The notes under the pieces: generated by a model | What the model saw: the letters and a program-made list of their open reading frames with translations, nothing else | What the model was told of the DNA's origin: nothing | Database searches by the model: none | Position numbers and translations under genes: made by a program | Part shown: positions 12,180 to 22,635 of the stretch, piece by piece | Position numbering within the stretch: position 1 is the first letter of the stretch | Layout: each line of letters starts with the position of its first letter | Origin: Naegleria gruberi | Lineage: Eukaryota | Length of the DNA stretch: 64,000 nt | Strand: one strand, 5' to 3' | Assembly: GCA_000004985.1 (NCBI GenBank) | Contig: GG738908.1

Positions 12180-12220
12180 ATGTACTGTACTCTGTGGTTT
12201 TACAAGATAATGGAAATTAT

Positions 12221-14074
12221 TTACTCGTTTGATGATGGTGACGATGTAGAGGAAGCAGCTGCTTGTTTTTTCTTTTCAAGTGGATTGACAAACTTTTTCT
12301 TTGCAAGAGGATTAACTGCAGGTGTGGCTTTCTTTTCACTGGCAGCTGTCAGCTCAGATAACAGTTTTTCAATTTCTTCTGGTGTTTCGAAAGGTGTATC
12401 CTTCTTTCTTGCCTTAACCAAACTCATTAATTTAGACCAATAATTAATATTAAAATTCAATGCCAACAATTGAGTGTTGTTGATGATTGCCTTAGGTAAA
12501 TATACATGTTCCTTAAGAAGTTGGAGGAAATTCAATCCTAATTTGTATTCATTCATGTTAGGTCCAATAATTAATGCTCCAATTAATTGGTATTGTTCTC
12601 CAATTGTATTGAACAGGAATTTCATATAGATATTCTTTTGAATTTGTTCATCAATTACTATAGTTTGTAAATTTGAATCGGTAGAATCATATTCTCCTAG
12701 GCAAGTAATGTGAAGTCCAAAAAATTTTGGAGTTTGAGAGAAGAAGAGCTTGGAATTCTTCTTAGAAAGAATGTGATGTGCACAGGCACTGGCTTGTTCT
12801 CTAGCACTAGTCCAATTTTTCCAAACATTGGTCTTTCCTTCTTGTGTGGTTATTTCTGCACAATCACCAATACAGTAAATATTTGGAACTATTGTTGAAT
12901 TATTTGTATGAATTTGGAAGTGTTCATCCACTAAAATACCACCATTGACACCAAGTGATGCATCCAAACATTTAGTTGCAAGACTGGTTTCACTATTAAC
13001 ACCAACAGCTTGAACAATCAAAGAGCATGGAATAATTCCATTACTTGTCTTGACACTATGTGCAAGATTATTAACATCACTATATAAAATACTCTCCACT
13101 TGAGTTTCTAATTGAATATCAAGATATTTTCCATATTTCTCCTTAGCTAACTTTAAAATCATATCACAAGCAGCTTCGTCACGGAGAAGAGATTTTCCCA
13201 AATGTTTTCCTCTACCAATTATGGTAATCTTTGGTAGAATGTTGGTATTCTTAATGCTCCAAACTTCTTCAATGGTTTGCTTTGAAGGTTGTGCAGAAGC
13301 TTCGCCATTCAACAACTTTTCAATTGCTTCATAACCTTCAATAATGTGACTAACAATGTCAATAGATAATGTACCACTTCCAATAATAACAATTCTATTA
13401 TGATCTAAATTATTTTCATTACTTTCATAATAATCATATAATTGTTTCATCAATTGATGAATATATTCAACTTGTTCAATATTTCTAATATATAAATAAT
13501 TCGATATTTGTGATTGAATTTCTCCAAAATTAACAATTAATTGTTCTCTATTCAATCCTATAACACTCTTCTCATTTGAAACTTCTGTTGGATAATTAAC
13601 AACATGAGCCTTTCCGCCAATACATAAACAAAGTGTATCATAATGAAGTGAAATCTCATCATCACTTCCAACAGTTTTATATTTAATAACTTGTTCAACA
13701 TTATTAATATCAAAAACTGAAGTATTAAACAACACTTGATCCACACCATATTTTGTAATAAAACTATTATTCTCTCCATTTAAATGAATTCCTCCAAAAT
13801 AATCCAAATGCTTGGAATGCCATTGCAAAAACTTGAATCGGAAGAATAAATTAGGTCTACTACAAAAATCCTCTCTTGTAATTAATATAATTTTGTATTG
13901 TTTTTCTTGTTTTTCAATTTCTCTGATAGATTGAATAAAACTGAGACCAGAATAACCACCTCCGATGACAACCATTGTTTTCAATGGTGTGCTACTAGTT
14001 GTGGTTGTAGTTGTGGCAGTAGTAGCAGTGGATGACAGAGTTTCAGTTTGTTCGGCCATTTTTTTCAATTTCAA
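12221..14074 (-). CDS. FAD/NAD(P)-binding pyridine nucleotide-disulfide oxidoreductase, PYROXD1-like
   Basis: Two Rossmann motifs (VVIGGGYSGL; IVIIGSGTLSIDIV) and YCIGDCA near the C-terminus. Colinear similarity to human PYROXD1 (YDTLCLCIGGKAHVV vs YKKLCLCAGAKPKLI; IYCIGDCAEIT vs IYAAGDICTTS). C-terminal Lys-rich tail. Confidence 0.75.
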   Translation of the reverse strand: MKLKKMAEQTETLSSTATTATTTTTTSSTPLKTMVVIGGGYSGLSFIQSIREIEKQEKQYKIILITREDFCSRPNLFFRFKFLQWHSKHLDYFGGIHLNGENNSFITKYGVDQVLFNTSVFDINNVEQVIKYKTVGSDDEISLHYDTLCLCIGGKAHVVNYPTEVSNEKSVIGLNREQLIVNFGEIQSQISNYLYIRNIEQVEYIHQLMKQLYDYYESNENNLDHNRIVIIGSGTLSIDIVSHIIEGYEAIEKLLNGEASAQPSKQTIEEVWSIKNTNILPKITIIGRGKHLGKSLLRDEAACDMILKLAKEKYGKYLDIQLETQVESILYSDVNNLAHSVKTSNGIIPCSLIVQAVGVNSETSLATKCLDASLGVNGGILVDEHFQIHTNNSTIVPNIYCIGDCAEITTQEGKTNVWKNWTSAREQASACAHHILSKKNSKLFFSQTPKFFGLHITCLGEYDSTDSNLQTIVIDEQIQKNIYMKFLFNTIGEQYQLIGALIIGPNMNEYKLGLNFLQLLKEHVYLPKAIINNTQLLALNFNINYWSKLMSLVKARKKDTPFETPEEIEKLLSELTAASEKKATPAVNPLAKKKFVNPLEKKKQAAASSTSSPSSNE

Positions 14075-14341
14075 AAAACTATTTCAAATTCTTTAAAAAC
14101 AATTTAAATAATGAGAAAAATCTTATTTTAATACGTGCTTTCATAAGGAAGCACAAATTATTTAAAATATTACAACAATATTAAACCTAGGTATTTAACA
14201 TTGCATTTTCTGATGAACATTTCATGAACTTTAAAAAACCAAACAAAATTTTAATGTGCAATTTCCTAAAGCTATTCAATCACATCAGCAAACAAAGCAA
14301 AAATCAAAGGCTAGCCTCTCATCATGAACAACCATTAAAAA

Positions 14342-15779
14342 ATGTCAGCAGCAAATAGTAGTGATGATACAACAACAACAACAGGAAATAATTTATTTCC
14401 ATTGATAAATCATTTGGATCAGGTAAAACAAGCTATCGGATCAGATACTGATGATTTTAAATTCATGACTCAGGATAATTATCTATTCTATTGTTATGGG
14501 AGGGTGAAGACTACAACATTTCCATCAATTGAAAGTGGTGATGATGAACAAATTCAGGATATGAAAAAGATTAGAAGGGAAATTAGAGGGTTAGCCTTTG
14601 ACAAGGATAGTGGAAAGTTGGTGAGCAGATGTTTACACAAGTTTTTTAATTGTAAGTATTTATTTATTACTCTTTATTGTAAACTAAATAATAATATTTG
14701 GAAATATTTGAAAAATTATTGCAATTTTAATAGTGGATGAAAATGCAGAAACAAATACAGAATATTTAGAAAACAAGTATAATCCAAATGGTGATTGTAA
14801 TTTATTGGATATTTTCCTTGTTTTAGAAAAGTTGGATGGTTCAATGATTATGCCAATTATTGTCGATGGTAAAATTGTGTTTAGAACTAAAAGAGGTTAT
14901 TTTAATCAAGTTACAAATCAAGCAGATAAATTTGTAGCTGAATCTCAAGTGAAATATTTGGAATTTTGTACAAAATTAATGAAAGAAGGATATACACCAA
15001 TATTTGAATTTTATTCGAAAGAGAATATGGTGGTAATTGAATATGATTCAACATTTTTGACTTTAATTGCAATTAGATATACAGAAAAGGGAGATTATGT
15101 ACCATACAATGAAATGTGTGAAATGTGTAATGAATTTTCTATTCCATTTGTGAAATGTATTTTCAGTAATACTGACCAAGATGAACAATCCAAAAAGACA
15201 GTTATCAAATCATTCAAACAATTGAAGAGCAAAGTGAATACAATCAAAGGTATTGAGGGAGTTGTCATTCGTCACAAAGTTTCAGGTGAAATGTTTAAAT
15301 TCAAAACCAATTGGTATTCTGAACAACACAAAAAGAAACAACTTGTTACTGATGGTAATCCATCACCAGCACATATTTGGAAATTTGTAATGGATGATTG
15401 TATTGATGATATCATTCCAGTTTTAAATACTGAAAAGGAAAAGCAAGAATTGAGAAGGTTTAACGATGAGGTCTTGAATGCTATTGATGATTGTGCTAAA
15501 AGATCTTTGGAAATTATTGAATTTGCAATGAATTTAGGAAGCGCAAAAGAAACAGCAAGTTACATTGCCCAGGAATCAGGTCATAATACTATTTTCAAAA
15601 AGATTGTTTACAAAATCAAAACAGAAATTGACAAGAAGACTAATCAGCAAGACTACATGTCACCTCAAGATGTTGTGAAATATTTCCTTTTACAATTTAT
15701 TTTCAAGGATTTGAATTTGGTGAAGGAATGTTTAAACACTCCAGACTTGGTTTACACAAATTACAAAATTACAAATTGA
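14342..15779 (+). CDS. T4 Rnl1-family ATP-dependent RNA ligase (stand-alone adenylyltransferase/ligase domain, about 447 aa). Two exons, 14342..14651 and 14734..15779, with an 82-nt intron GTAAGT...TTTTAATAG.
   Basis: Colinear with T4 RNA ligase 1: IRGLAFDKDSGKLVSRCLHKFFNLDEN (T4: [30 protein letters not shown]); motif I lysine adenylation site LEKLDGSMI (T4 LTKEDGSLV); FEFYSKENMVV (T4 FEFVAPTNRIV); motifs IV-V EGVVIRHKVSGEMFKFKTNWY (T4 [20 protein letters not shown]). Confidence 0.75.
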
Positions 15780-16241
15780 GTGATTGACTTTTTATCCACA
15801 GACATTACATTTTAATCTTTAGATGAAACTCATAAAGCAGTAGTGATATCTTTCATGATTTCCAAAAACTGAAACAAACCAATGACATCAATTTTGAGTG
15901 GGAAGTAAGGATTACATTCAATTCTGATGTTTACTTTCATATCAATTGGACCATGTTTCTTATATTCTTATTCACTTCCATTTTCAAAATCCAATTCATT
16001 AAATTCGATTGTTATTGTAAACATCAAAAGAGAAACCAACCAATAAAACCTGTTAATTTTTAATAATAAAAAATTTCATCAATTTCGTAATGCATTAAAC
16101 CCTGACCTAAACAACAGTTAACACTCCGAAAGCACCTTCTAAACTATTTAAAGAGGATCAATTGTTTCAGTCTGTTCATTACATTATTAAAAAAAAAGAG
16201 TCTATTGTCATTGGTCTCAATAATAATAGAAACAATAGAAA

Positions 16242-19200
16242 ATGGTTTTGGGAACTATTATTAAAGAATTTAAAGACAATATATTTTGCTCTTGGATTTG
16301 GCCTGATTTACTTGATCCTATTAAAAATCAATCATCTAAAGGGTTCAAAGTCTTTGAGAAGGAAAACCTGAATGTTAGAGAGGCAACCAAAGATGAAGAA
16401 GCCTATTATGAATATCAATTCAAACTTATCAAAGAAGCAACTGCAGGTATGGAGTTTAATGCTGATGATGCTGATGGTGGTGATGATAGCAAAAAGGAGA
16501 CAGATTCAACAATGAGTATTAGCCAAACAGTTGTCTTATTACATAGATTGGTGGGTTGGGTTCTGATTCAAATGATTGGTGCGACTCTCCTCATGCAATT
16601 GTGTGATAGTGTTGCCTTGTATATGAAGAGAAGGGTTTTTGAGTTATTTGAACAGGAAAATATTCAAAGCTCTGAATTGTTATGGTTTGCAACCTTTTAT
16701 TTGATGATTGAATTCATATTCAAAAACTTGAACAAATTCTCTGAAAATTATTATTACATGAAGAAAGATTATGGACAAACTATAATCTCAAATAGTATGC
16801 AAAGTATGGTATTGAGAAAATTATCAAAACTGAGTTACATTCAAAAGTTGACCAATTTCAATTTTGGAATAGTGGACACAATATTGGGGCAAGATGTTTG
16901 GTCTGTGAATTCAAACATTTATGACCTCCCAAATTTCTATTCACATATTTTCTATATTTTACTGTGTATACTTGCTATTTATGATTTGGTTGGATTTAAA
17001 GCTACAATGATAGGAGTATTATTTCTTTTTGTTTCCTCTCCATTGTACTATCATTTTTTGAAGAAACGAGAGGCCAACTATGATGGAAATACAAAATTAT
17101 GTGATAAGAAATCTAGTACACTATCTCAGTTTATTCAATCTATTCGATTGATCAAAATTTACACATTGGAAAATAGATTTGTTGAAAAGATTTGTAAAAT
17201 TCAAGAATCTTTCAAGACTAATTTGAAATCCACAGAATGGCTTAATTTCATTATTGATGCCATTTATTATGTACAGAGTTTTGTTGTATCATCATTGTGC
17301 TTTTTTATTTACTGCTATATTGATGGAAATCCTCTCAAGTTGAGTACAGCTCTCACAGTTGTTGAATTGGCAGACTCCCTCAAGTATCCATTATATGCAA
17401 TTTCCAGTGATTTACAATCAATTATGAATAAGAGACTTGCCATTCGAAGACTTGGCCATTTATTGAATAGTCCAGAACACTCACAACACAAGAATCATAC
17501 TGATTCTTCAATTGTCGAGATGGAAAATGTTAGTGCTAGATGGTCTCAATCTGAAGAGGATGATCCAAACTATTGCATTCAAAATGTTAGCACAACAATT
17601 AAAAAGGGTGAACATATTGGTATTATTGGTAAGGTGGCCAGTGGTAAGAGTTCATTAATTTATACGATATTGAACGAATCACACATCGTAGAGGGTGTTG
17701 TAAGAATTAAGGAAAATTTGAAAATTTCATTTGTTTCTCAATCACCTTGGATTAGAAATGCTACAATCAAGGAAAATATTATTTTTGGATCTACAAACTT
17801 TGACAAGAGCAGATATGAAAGTGCATTATTTGCAGCTGACTTTAAATCTGATGTTGAGGAAATGCAAAATGGAGACGATCAAGTGATTGGAGAGCGTGGA
17901 ATTAATTTAAGTGGAGGTCAAAAGACAAGATTAGCACTTGCTAGAGCACTTTATCACAATTCTGATTTGTACATTTTTGATGACATTTTGTCAGCAGTTG
18001 ACATTCACACAGCTGCCAATATCATTAAGAGAGTATTTGTTGGAGAAAATGCCTTCCTTAAAGATAAGACAGTTATTCTTTCTACTCACTTACTTAAATT
18101 AATTCCTCACATGGATAGAACCATAGTTATGGATAAGGGGAGAATAGTTTTACAAGGAAATTATGACTTTTTGGTTGGAAAATTGGAAGAAAATGTTGCT
18201 TTACGTGAGCTCTTTGAATCAGCCACTCATTCTGTTAATAGCAATGTTGAAGAAAATCAAAACCCCTCTAAAGACGAAGCACTGGATGATGAAGAAGAAG
18301 AAGGAGATGAAGGAGAACCTGAAGAGGATGAATTATCAGAGTCTTCTTCTGATATGTCTCAATCTGAAGGTCCTTCATTCTCTCTCATTAGACAATTTTT
18401 ATTCTCAATCAACAAGAGTACTATCTATCTCTCTGTAATGGCTGCATTTTCTCTTCTTGAGCCTGTTTCAGGAATTTTTAAAGATTATACATTATCTGAA
18501 TGGTCAACTGATGAGAAGTTTGTTTATCACTCACTCACCTTTTACTTGATAATTTACATTTCACAAGGTTTTGTACAAATGTTTGCAATTACCTTGAACA
18601 CTATGATTTCCAATACCTTTTTATATGAACTAGCCGATGTTTTCCAAGAAAAGTTAATCAAACAAATATCAAGAACTAAACTCAGATACTTTGAAGATAT
18701 TCCAAGTGGTAAAATTTTAGATAATATTGGTTATGTTAATGAAATTAGAGATAACATTAGTTATAGAATGACAGATTTGTTGACAAATACTTGGCAAGCT
18801 ATTTGTTCAACTATTGTTGTTATTTATTCATTTCCTCTTTCAATTCTAATGCTTTTTGTGTCTGTTCCAATCACAAGTTATTTCAGAGGTATCTATACTA
18901 ATGTTTCAGATAAAATTGAACTAATTCAAAGTGATTTCCATGATCCAACTCCAACAATTAGTGCAGAAATGTTGGATGGTTTAGATACTATTCGAAGCTA
19001 TGGTAATGAGAAATTTGAACATCTCATTAATGATATTAATACTCAGAAAAAGCCAATTAATACTCTATCACACTGCAAAGAACTTGCATGGTTTTGGTTT
19101 TATATTAGAAATGATTTCTTCAGAGAATTGATTTCTTCTCTCAGTGTTCTTGGAATATTCTTCTATTACTTTTGGAATTATGATCCAAATAATGCCAACC

Positions 19201-20159
19201 TCAAAACAATTCAAATTACAATTAGTTTGTTCTATGTGAGAACGTCAGAATTGGTCATGAGTACAGAAAGGATCATGTATACACTCACCAAGGCAAGAAA
19301 CTCATTTAATTGTGTTCAAAGAGTTCAAAAGTTTTCAAATTCCATTCAAGAAGAAAATTATGGAGATGACAAAAAGTCTCTCGTCCAAGAAACTTCAAAC
19401 GAAGGATTGAGTGTCAGTTTTGATAATATTTCTATGAGGTATCGAGAGGAACAAGATTTAGTGATCAGGAATGTAACGTTTAGTGTTGCTCCTGGTAGTA
19501 AATGTGCAATTATTGGTAGAACAGCAAGTGGAAAATCCTCATTATTCAATTGCTTGTTAAGGTTTCAAGAAATTGAGAATGATAATAATAACAGTGGTAT
19601 CTATTTGAATGGAACAGATGTGAGGGATCTTTCATTACATGCTTTAAGAACATCAATTTCTTTCATTCCTCAATCTCCAGTGCTATTTTTGGGAACTTTG
19701 AGAGAAAACCTTGACTTTAATAATTCTAATAGTGATGAGGAAATTTGGAGTGCCATTGAACAGGTTGGACTTTCAGAGTTGTTGGAAAGAAAGGTCTGTA
19801 AAGAGAGTCAATCCATGCCAAATATTAAGGAAATACTAGACTATTCAATTTCTGAAAATGGAAGCAACTTTTCATGTGGAGAAAAACAATTAATATGCTT
19901 GGCTAGAAGTATTTTGAAAAAATCCAAATTACTTTTAATGGATGAAGCCACAGCCAATGTTGACTCATTCACCGATTCTCAAATTCAAAAGACTCTTCGT
20001 GGTCCACTATTCAACAATTGTACCATCATTACCATCGCTCACAGAATTGAAACTGTTAAAGATTATGATAGAATCATCTTGATGAAATTGGGAGAAATTG
20101 AAATGAATGACACTCCATCTCAAGTTTTACAATACTATGTAGAGAATTACAATCAATAA
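16242..20159 (+). CDS. ABC transporter, subfamily C (MRP-like) full transporter without TMD0: two TMDs and two NBDs
   Basis: NBD1 has Walker A GKVASGKSS, signature LSGGQKTRLALARALY and Walker B LYIFDDILSAVD. NBD2 has Walker A GRTASGKSS, a degenerate signature FSCGEKQLICLARSIL and Walker B LLLMDEATANVD. There is an acidic linker between NBD1 and TMD2. Confidence 0.85.
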   Translation: MVLGTIIKEFKDNIFCSWIWPDLLDPIKNQSSKGFKVFEKENLNVREATKDEEAYYEYQFKLIKEATAGMEFNADDADGGDDSKKETDSTMSISQTVVLLHRLVGWVLIQMIGATLLMQLCDSVALYMKRRVFELFEQENIQSSELLWFATFYLMIEFIFKNLNKFSENYYYMKKDYGQTIISNSMQSMVLRKLSKLSYIQKLTNFNFGIVDTILGQDVWSVNSNIYDLPNFYSHIFYILLCILAIYDLVGFKATMIGVLFLFVSSPLYYHFLKKREANYDGNTKLCDKKSSTLSQFIQSIRLIKIYTLENRFVEKICKIQESFKTNLKSTEWLNFIIDAIYYVQSFVVSSLCFFIYCYIDGNPLKLSTALTVVELADSLKYPLYAISSDLQSIMNKRLAIRRLGHLLNSPEHSQHKNHTDSSIVEMENVSARWSQSEEDDPNYCIQNVSTTIKKGEHIGIIGKVASGKSSLIYTILNESHIVEGVVRIKENLKISFVSQSPWIRNATIKENIIFGSTNFDKSRYESALFAADFKSDVEEMQNGDDQVIGERGINLSGGQKTRLALARALYHNSDLYIFDDILSAVDIHTAANIIKRVFVGENAFLKDKTVILSTHLLKLIPHMDRTIVMDKGRIVLQGNYDFLVGKLEENVALRELFESATHSVNSNVEENQNPSKDEALDDEEEEGDEGEPEEDELSESSSDMSQSEGPSFSLIRQFLFSINKSTIYLSVMAAFSLLEPVSGIFKDYTLSEWSTDEKFVYHSLTFYLIIYISQGFVQMFAITLNTMISNTFLYELADVFQEKLIKQISRTKLRYFEDIPSGKILDNIGYVNEIRDNISYRMTDLLTNTWQAICSTIVVIYSFPLSILMLFVSVPITSYFRGIYTNVSDKIELIQSDFHDPTPTISAEMLDGLDTIRSYGNEKFEHLINDINTQKKPINTLSHCKELAWFWFYIRNDFFRELISSLSVLGIFFYYFWNYDPNNANLKTIQITISLFYVRTSELVMSTERIMYTLTKARNSFNCVQRVQKFSNSIQEENYGDDKKSLVQETSNEGLSVSFDNISMRYREEQDLVIRNVTFSVAPGSKCAIIGRTASGKSSLFNCLLRFQEIENDNNNSGIYLNGTDVRDLSLHALRTSISFIPQSPVLFLGTLRENLDFNNSNSDEEIWSAIEQVGLSELLERKVCKESQSMPNIKEILDYSISENGSNFSCGEKQLICLARSILKKSKLLLMDEATANVDSFTDSQIQKTLRGPLFNNCTIITIAHRIETVKDYDRIILMKLGEIEMNDTPSQVLQYYVENYNQ

Positions 20160-20266
20160 AAAACATGCATAGCACTCTTAATATATTAAATTATTGCTTA
20201 ACATCCAATTTATGTAAACCTCTAGATGTGAATGTTATAACAAGAAACTATTCTTAATGAATGTAA

Positions 20267-20340
20267 GCCGTCATAGCTCAGTTGGATAGAGCACAGGACT
20301 TCTAATCCTGGGGTCGTGGGTTCGAGCCCCATTGTCGGTA
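20267..20340 (+). tRNA. tRNA-Arg (anticodon UCU)
   Basis: Acceptor GCCGTCA/TGTCGGT (one T-T mismatch plus G-U), D-arm GCTC-AGTTGGATA-GAGC, anticodon loop CTTCTAA, T-arm GTGGG-TTCGAGC-CCCAT. Close to human tRNA-Arg-TCT. Confidence 0.8.
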
Positions 20341-20456
20341 AATGTTTTAATTTTTACTCTCAGATTCATGTGGAAAATTCAATCAGGATTACAATAGTAC
20401 AATATGGATTAAGGTGATTTTTGTAGGAGTGTTAAGGTGATCTTCCTTAATGTGCT

Positions 20457-20527
20457 CGTCTCGTGGTGTAATGGTAGCATAGTGGACTTTGAATCCATTG
20501 ACGGAGGTTCGATTCCTCCCGAGACGG
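20457..20527 (+). tRNA. tRNA-Gln (anticodon UUG)
   Basis: Acceptor CGTCTCG/CGAGACG, TGGTGTAATGGT D-arm typical of tRNA-Gln, anticodon loop CTTTGAA, T-arm GGAGG-TTCGATT-CCTCC. Confidence 0.85.
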
Positions 20528-20924
20528 TAAACGTGGCGAGCCATAGAATTTTATTTAATATATTTCATTATAGCTTGATGTACACCCTTTGATAATGGAT
20601 TCGAATGAATAATTGTAAAATCGAGTCGATTCATCGAATTAATTTTGTGAAACAAATAGTAAGGACTGAAATAGGTAATCTGTTGAGCTGGTTATTCAAG
20701 TCAATCACAGTTGTCTGATTATTGGATATCATTAGACCAGGTGTAATTCTCCTCACTGCTAACCAGCTTTCATGAAACTCGTCACAGAGCTTGGTTTCAA
20801 TTTTATGTGTGTTGAATTGATCATCTATTCAATTCTTTCTTATTTCCAGTCTAAAATTATTTCATAAATTATTTACAAAATATTTATTATTACAATTATA
20901 ATATATTATTAATTATTATCTAAA

Positions 20925-21317
20925 TTATCCCCATGCAATTTTAAGAGAATAATTAATCACGAGCATTCCGTTTGTATTAAAGTGATCAAATAAATCACCA
21001 ACGTAATCATCAGGATTTGGACAAAAAGCCTGTCCACAATATAAAAACAAAGTTTGGTTTGGATTTGTAATCCTCAGCAGTTTATCTCGGAGAAAGGCTA
21101 TCACAGTATTAAAAGAACTTGCTGCACCAATAGTATACTTCTTCTTTTTCAAAATTGGAGCACTACCAACGGCTTGGAATAAAATCATTACTTTTCCACT
21201 TTCAACTTTTTCTGTTGTTGTTGTTGGAGTTGTAGCTTCGTTGGTGTTTGATAATGTTTCCGAAGATGCATCAGTATCATTTGATGATAATTGTTGATCA
21301 ACAGCACTTGAAGACAT
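20925..21317 (-). CDS. atg12: ubiquitin-like autophagy protein Atg12
   Basis: 130 aa ending in ...LVINYSLKIAWG with a terminal Gly before the stop. The core KVMILFQAVGSAPILKKKKYTI...FLYCGQAFCPNPDDYVGDLFDHFNTNG matches the Atg12 ubiquitin fold. Confidence 0.8.
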   Translation of the reverse strand: MSSSAVDQQLSSNDTDASSETLSNTNEATTPTTTTEKVESGKVMILFQAVGSAPILKKKKYTIGAASSFNTVIAFLRDKLLRITNPNQTLFLYCGQAFCPNPDDYVGDLFDHFNTNGMLVINYSLKIAWG

Positions 21318-21444
21318 TTTTTAATTATTATTCTAAAACAATTCTAATTGGAATGTTTTTAGATTTTAAATCACACATTTAAAAAGTTAAATAATACTAT
21401 TCGATGAAAGAATATATTTGCATATTTTACTTGATGTGAATATC

Positions 21445-22635
21445 TTACAAGGAATGTTCGGCAGCAAATTGTTCATCCTCATCGTGTTCAGCTTCTCTGA
21501 CAAAAATAAAGAGGGCTCTTCCTTCAATTGAAGACAATGTTTGAGAATCATCAAATGGAATAGGTCTCTTAGGGAATGAGTTTAAGGTTAATTCATAGTC
21601 GGTTTCAACATTGCTATATCTGGATGGTTGCCATTCAGTTGAAGGGTAAGCATGGATAAATCTGTGAAGATCACCAAATGACAAATCCAAAGAGAATTTT
21701 CTTTGCACTTCTGTTCCATTTGGTAATTTCAATTTGATATTCTTATATTCTGCTTCATTGTTGTAAAATACAATTTCATTTCTAATGTCATTACGTGTCG
21801 ATTCATTGATTCTTAATTTTTTCATAAAAGCATCAACCTTGGCTTGCCTTTCTCTCTCCACTGCTAATCTCTTTTCTTCCTTTTCTCTGTCAATTCTTAA
21901 GGATTCCTCGTATGCTCTGTCTTGTTCTTCTCTTGCCCTTCTTTCATATTCTCTTTGAAGTTTTTCTTGTCTTTGAATTACCAATTGAGAATCCAAACGT
22001 TCATGCACTTCAATTAATTGAGTCATTAAATTATCAATTACATGAGTTTGACCATTTGACATTTCTGTTAAATTTTTCAATTCAGTCAAACCATCCATTC
22101 TCCAATGTACTTGATTTCCCAATAAAACAGCCAAGAAAGGATAAGATGTTGCTTGTAATTGATTAGAAATACTATATCCTTCACTGGATCTGATTGAACT
22201 TGAAAAAACTACAAAGTTAGTATTTAAAAATTCAATAAATTCCTTTTTACAAAATATGTTTTGAATAAAATCATAACTATCGTCATGTCCAGGTGAATGT
22301 AAATATACAAGTAGAATTTGATCATTATTTTTACAGAAATCAATAGCTTCTTTGAATGATTTGTCAAATAATTGTGGAATCAATTCATGAATGCTGGTTG
22401 TAATATGTTCTTCGTTTACGGTTTCATTATGTTGAGTAAGTATTTCTTCTACTGAAGGTAGATGTGATATAATATCCACAATTAAATCCTGTAATGACTG
22501 ATTATTTTGAGCAATGGCTTGTTGTTGTATTTGTTCTCTTACCACAGTTTCACTTGGATTTGCAGCGAATTTAAAAGGTAAATAGCTAACAAATGTATTA
22601 TACAGCCAACTAAATATACTATAGAGGAAACTCAT
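21445..22635 (-). CDS. FAF2/UBXD8-like protein: thioredoxin-like UAS domain, coiled coil and C-terminal UBX domain
   Basis: UAS-like segment (ILLVYLHSPGHDDSYDFIQNIFCKKEFIEFLNTNFVVF), an ER-rich coiled coil (QREYERRAREEQDRAYEESLRIDREKEEKRLAVERERQAK) and a UBX-like C-terminus (IKLKLPNGTEVQRKFSLDLSFGDLHRFI). Confidence 0.7.
   Translation of the reverse strand: MSFLYSIFSWLYNTFVSYLPFKFAANPSETVVREQIQQQAIAQNNQSLQDLIVDIISHLPSVEEILTQHNETVNEEHITTSIHELIPQLFDKSFKEAIDFCKNNDQILLVYLHSPGHDDSYDFIQNIFCKKEFIEFLNTNFVVFSSSIRSSEGYSISNQLQATSYPFLAVLLGNQVHWRMDGLTELKNLTEMSNGQTHVIDNLMTQLIEVHERLDSQLVIQRQEKLQREYERRAREEQDRAYEESLRIDREKEEKRLAVERERQAKVDAFMKKLRINESTRNDIRNEIVFYNNEAEYKNIKLKLPNGTEVQRKFSLDLSFGDLHRFIHAYPSTEWQPSRYSNVETDYELTLNSFPKRPIPFDDSQTLSSIEGRALFIFVREAEHDEDEQFAAEHSL

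Noticed and set aside
16162-16371. 69-aa ORF overlapping the 5' end of the ABC transporter gene
   Set aside because: It is in a different frame from the long ABCC ORF, has no recognisable features and has no splice-compatible junction. Most likely 5' UTR sequence.
20598-20608. GGATTCGAATG about 70 bp downstream of tRNA-Gln, resembling an external B-box as described for Dictyostelium discoideum tRNA genes
   Set aside because: Only one of the eight tRNA genes here has such an element at the expected distance. A single partial match is weak; not called as a feature.
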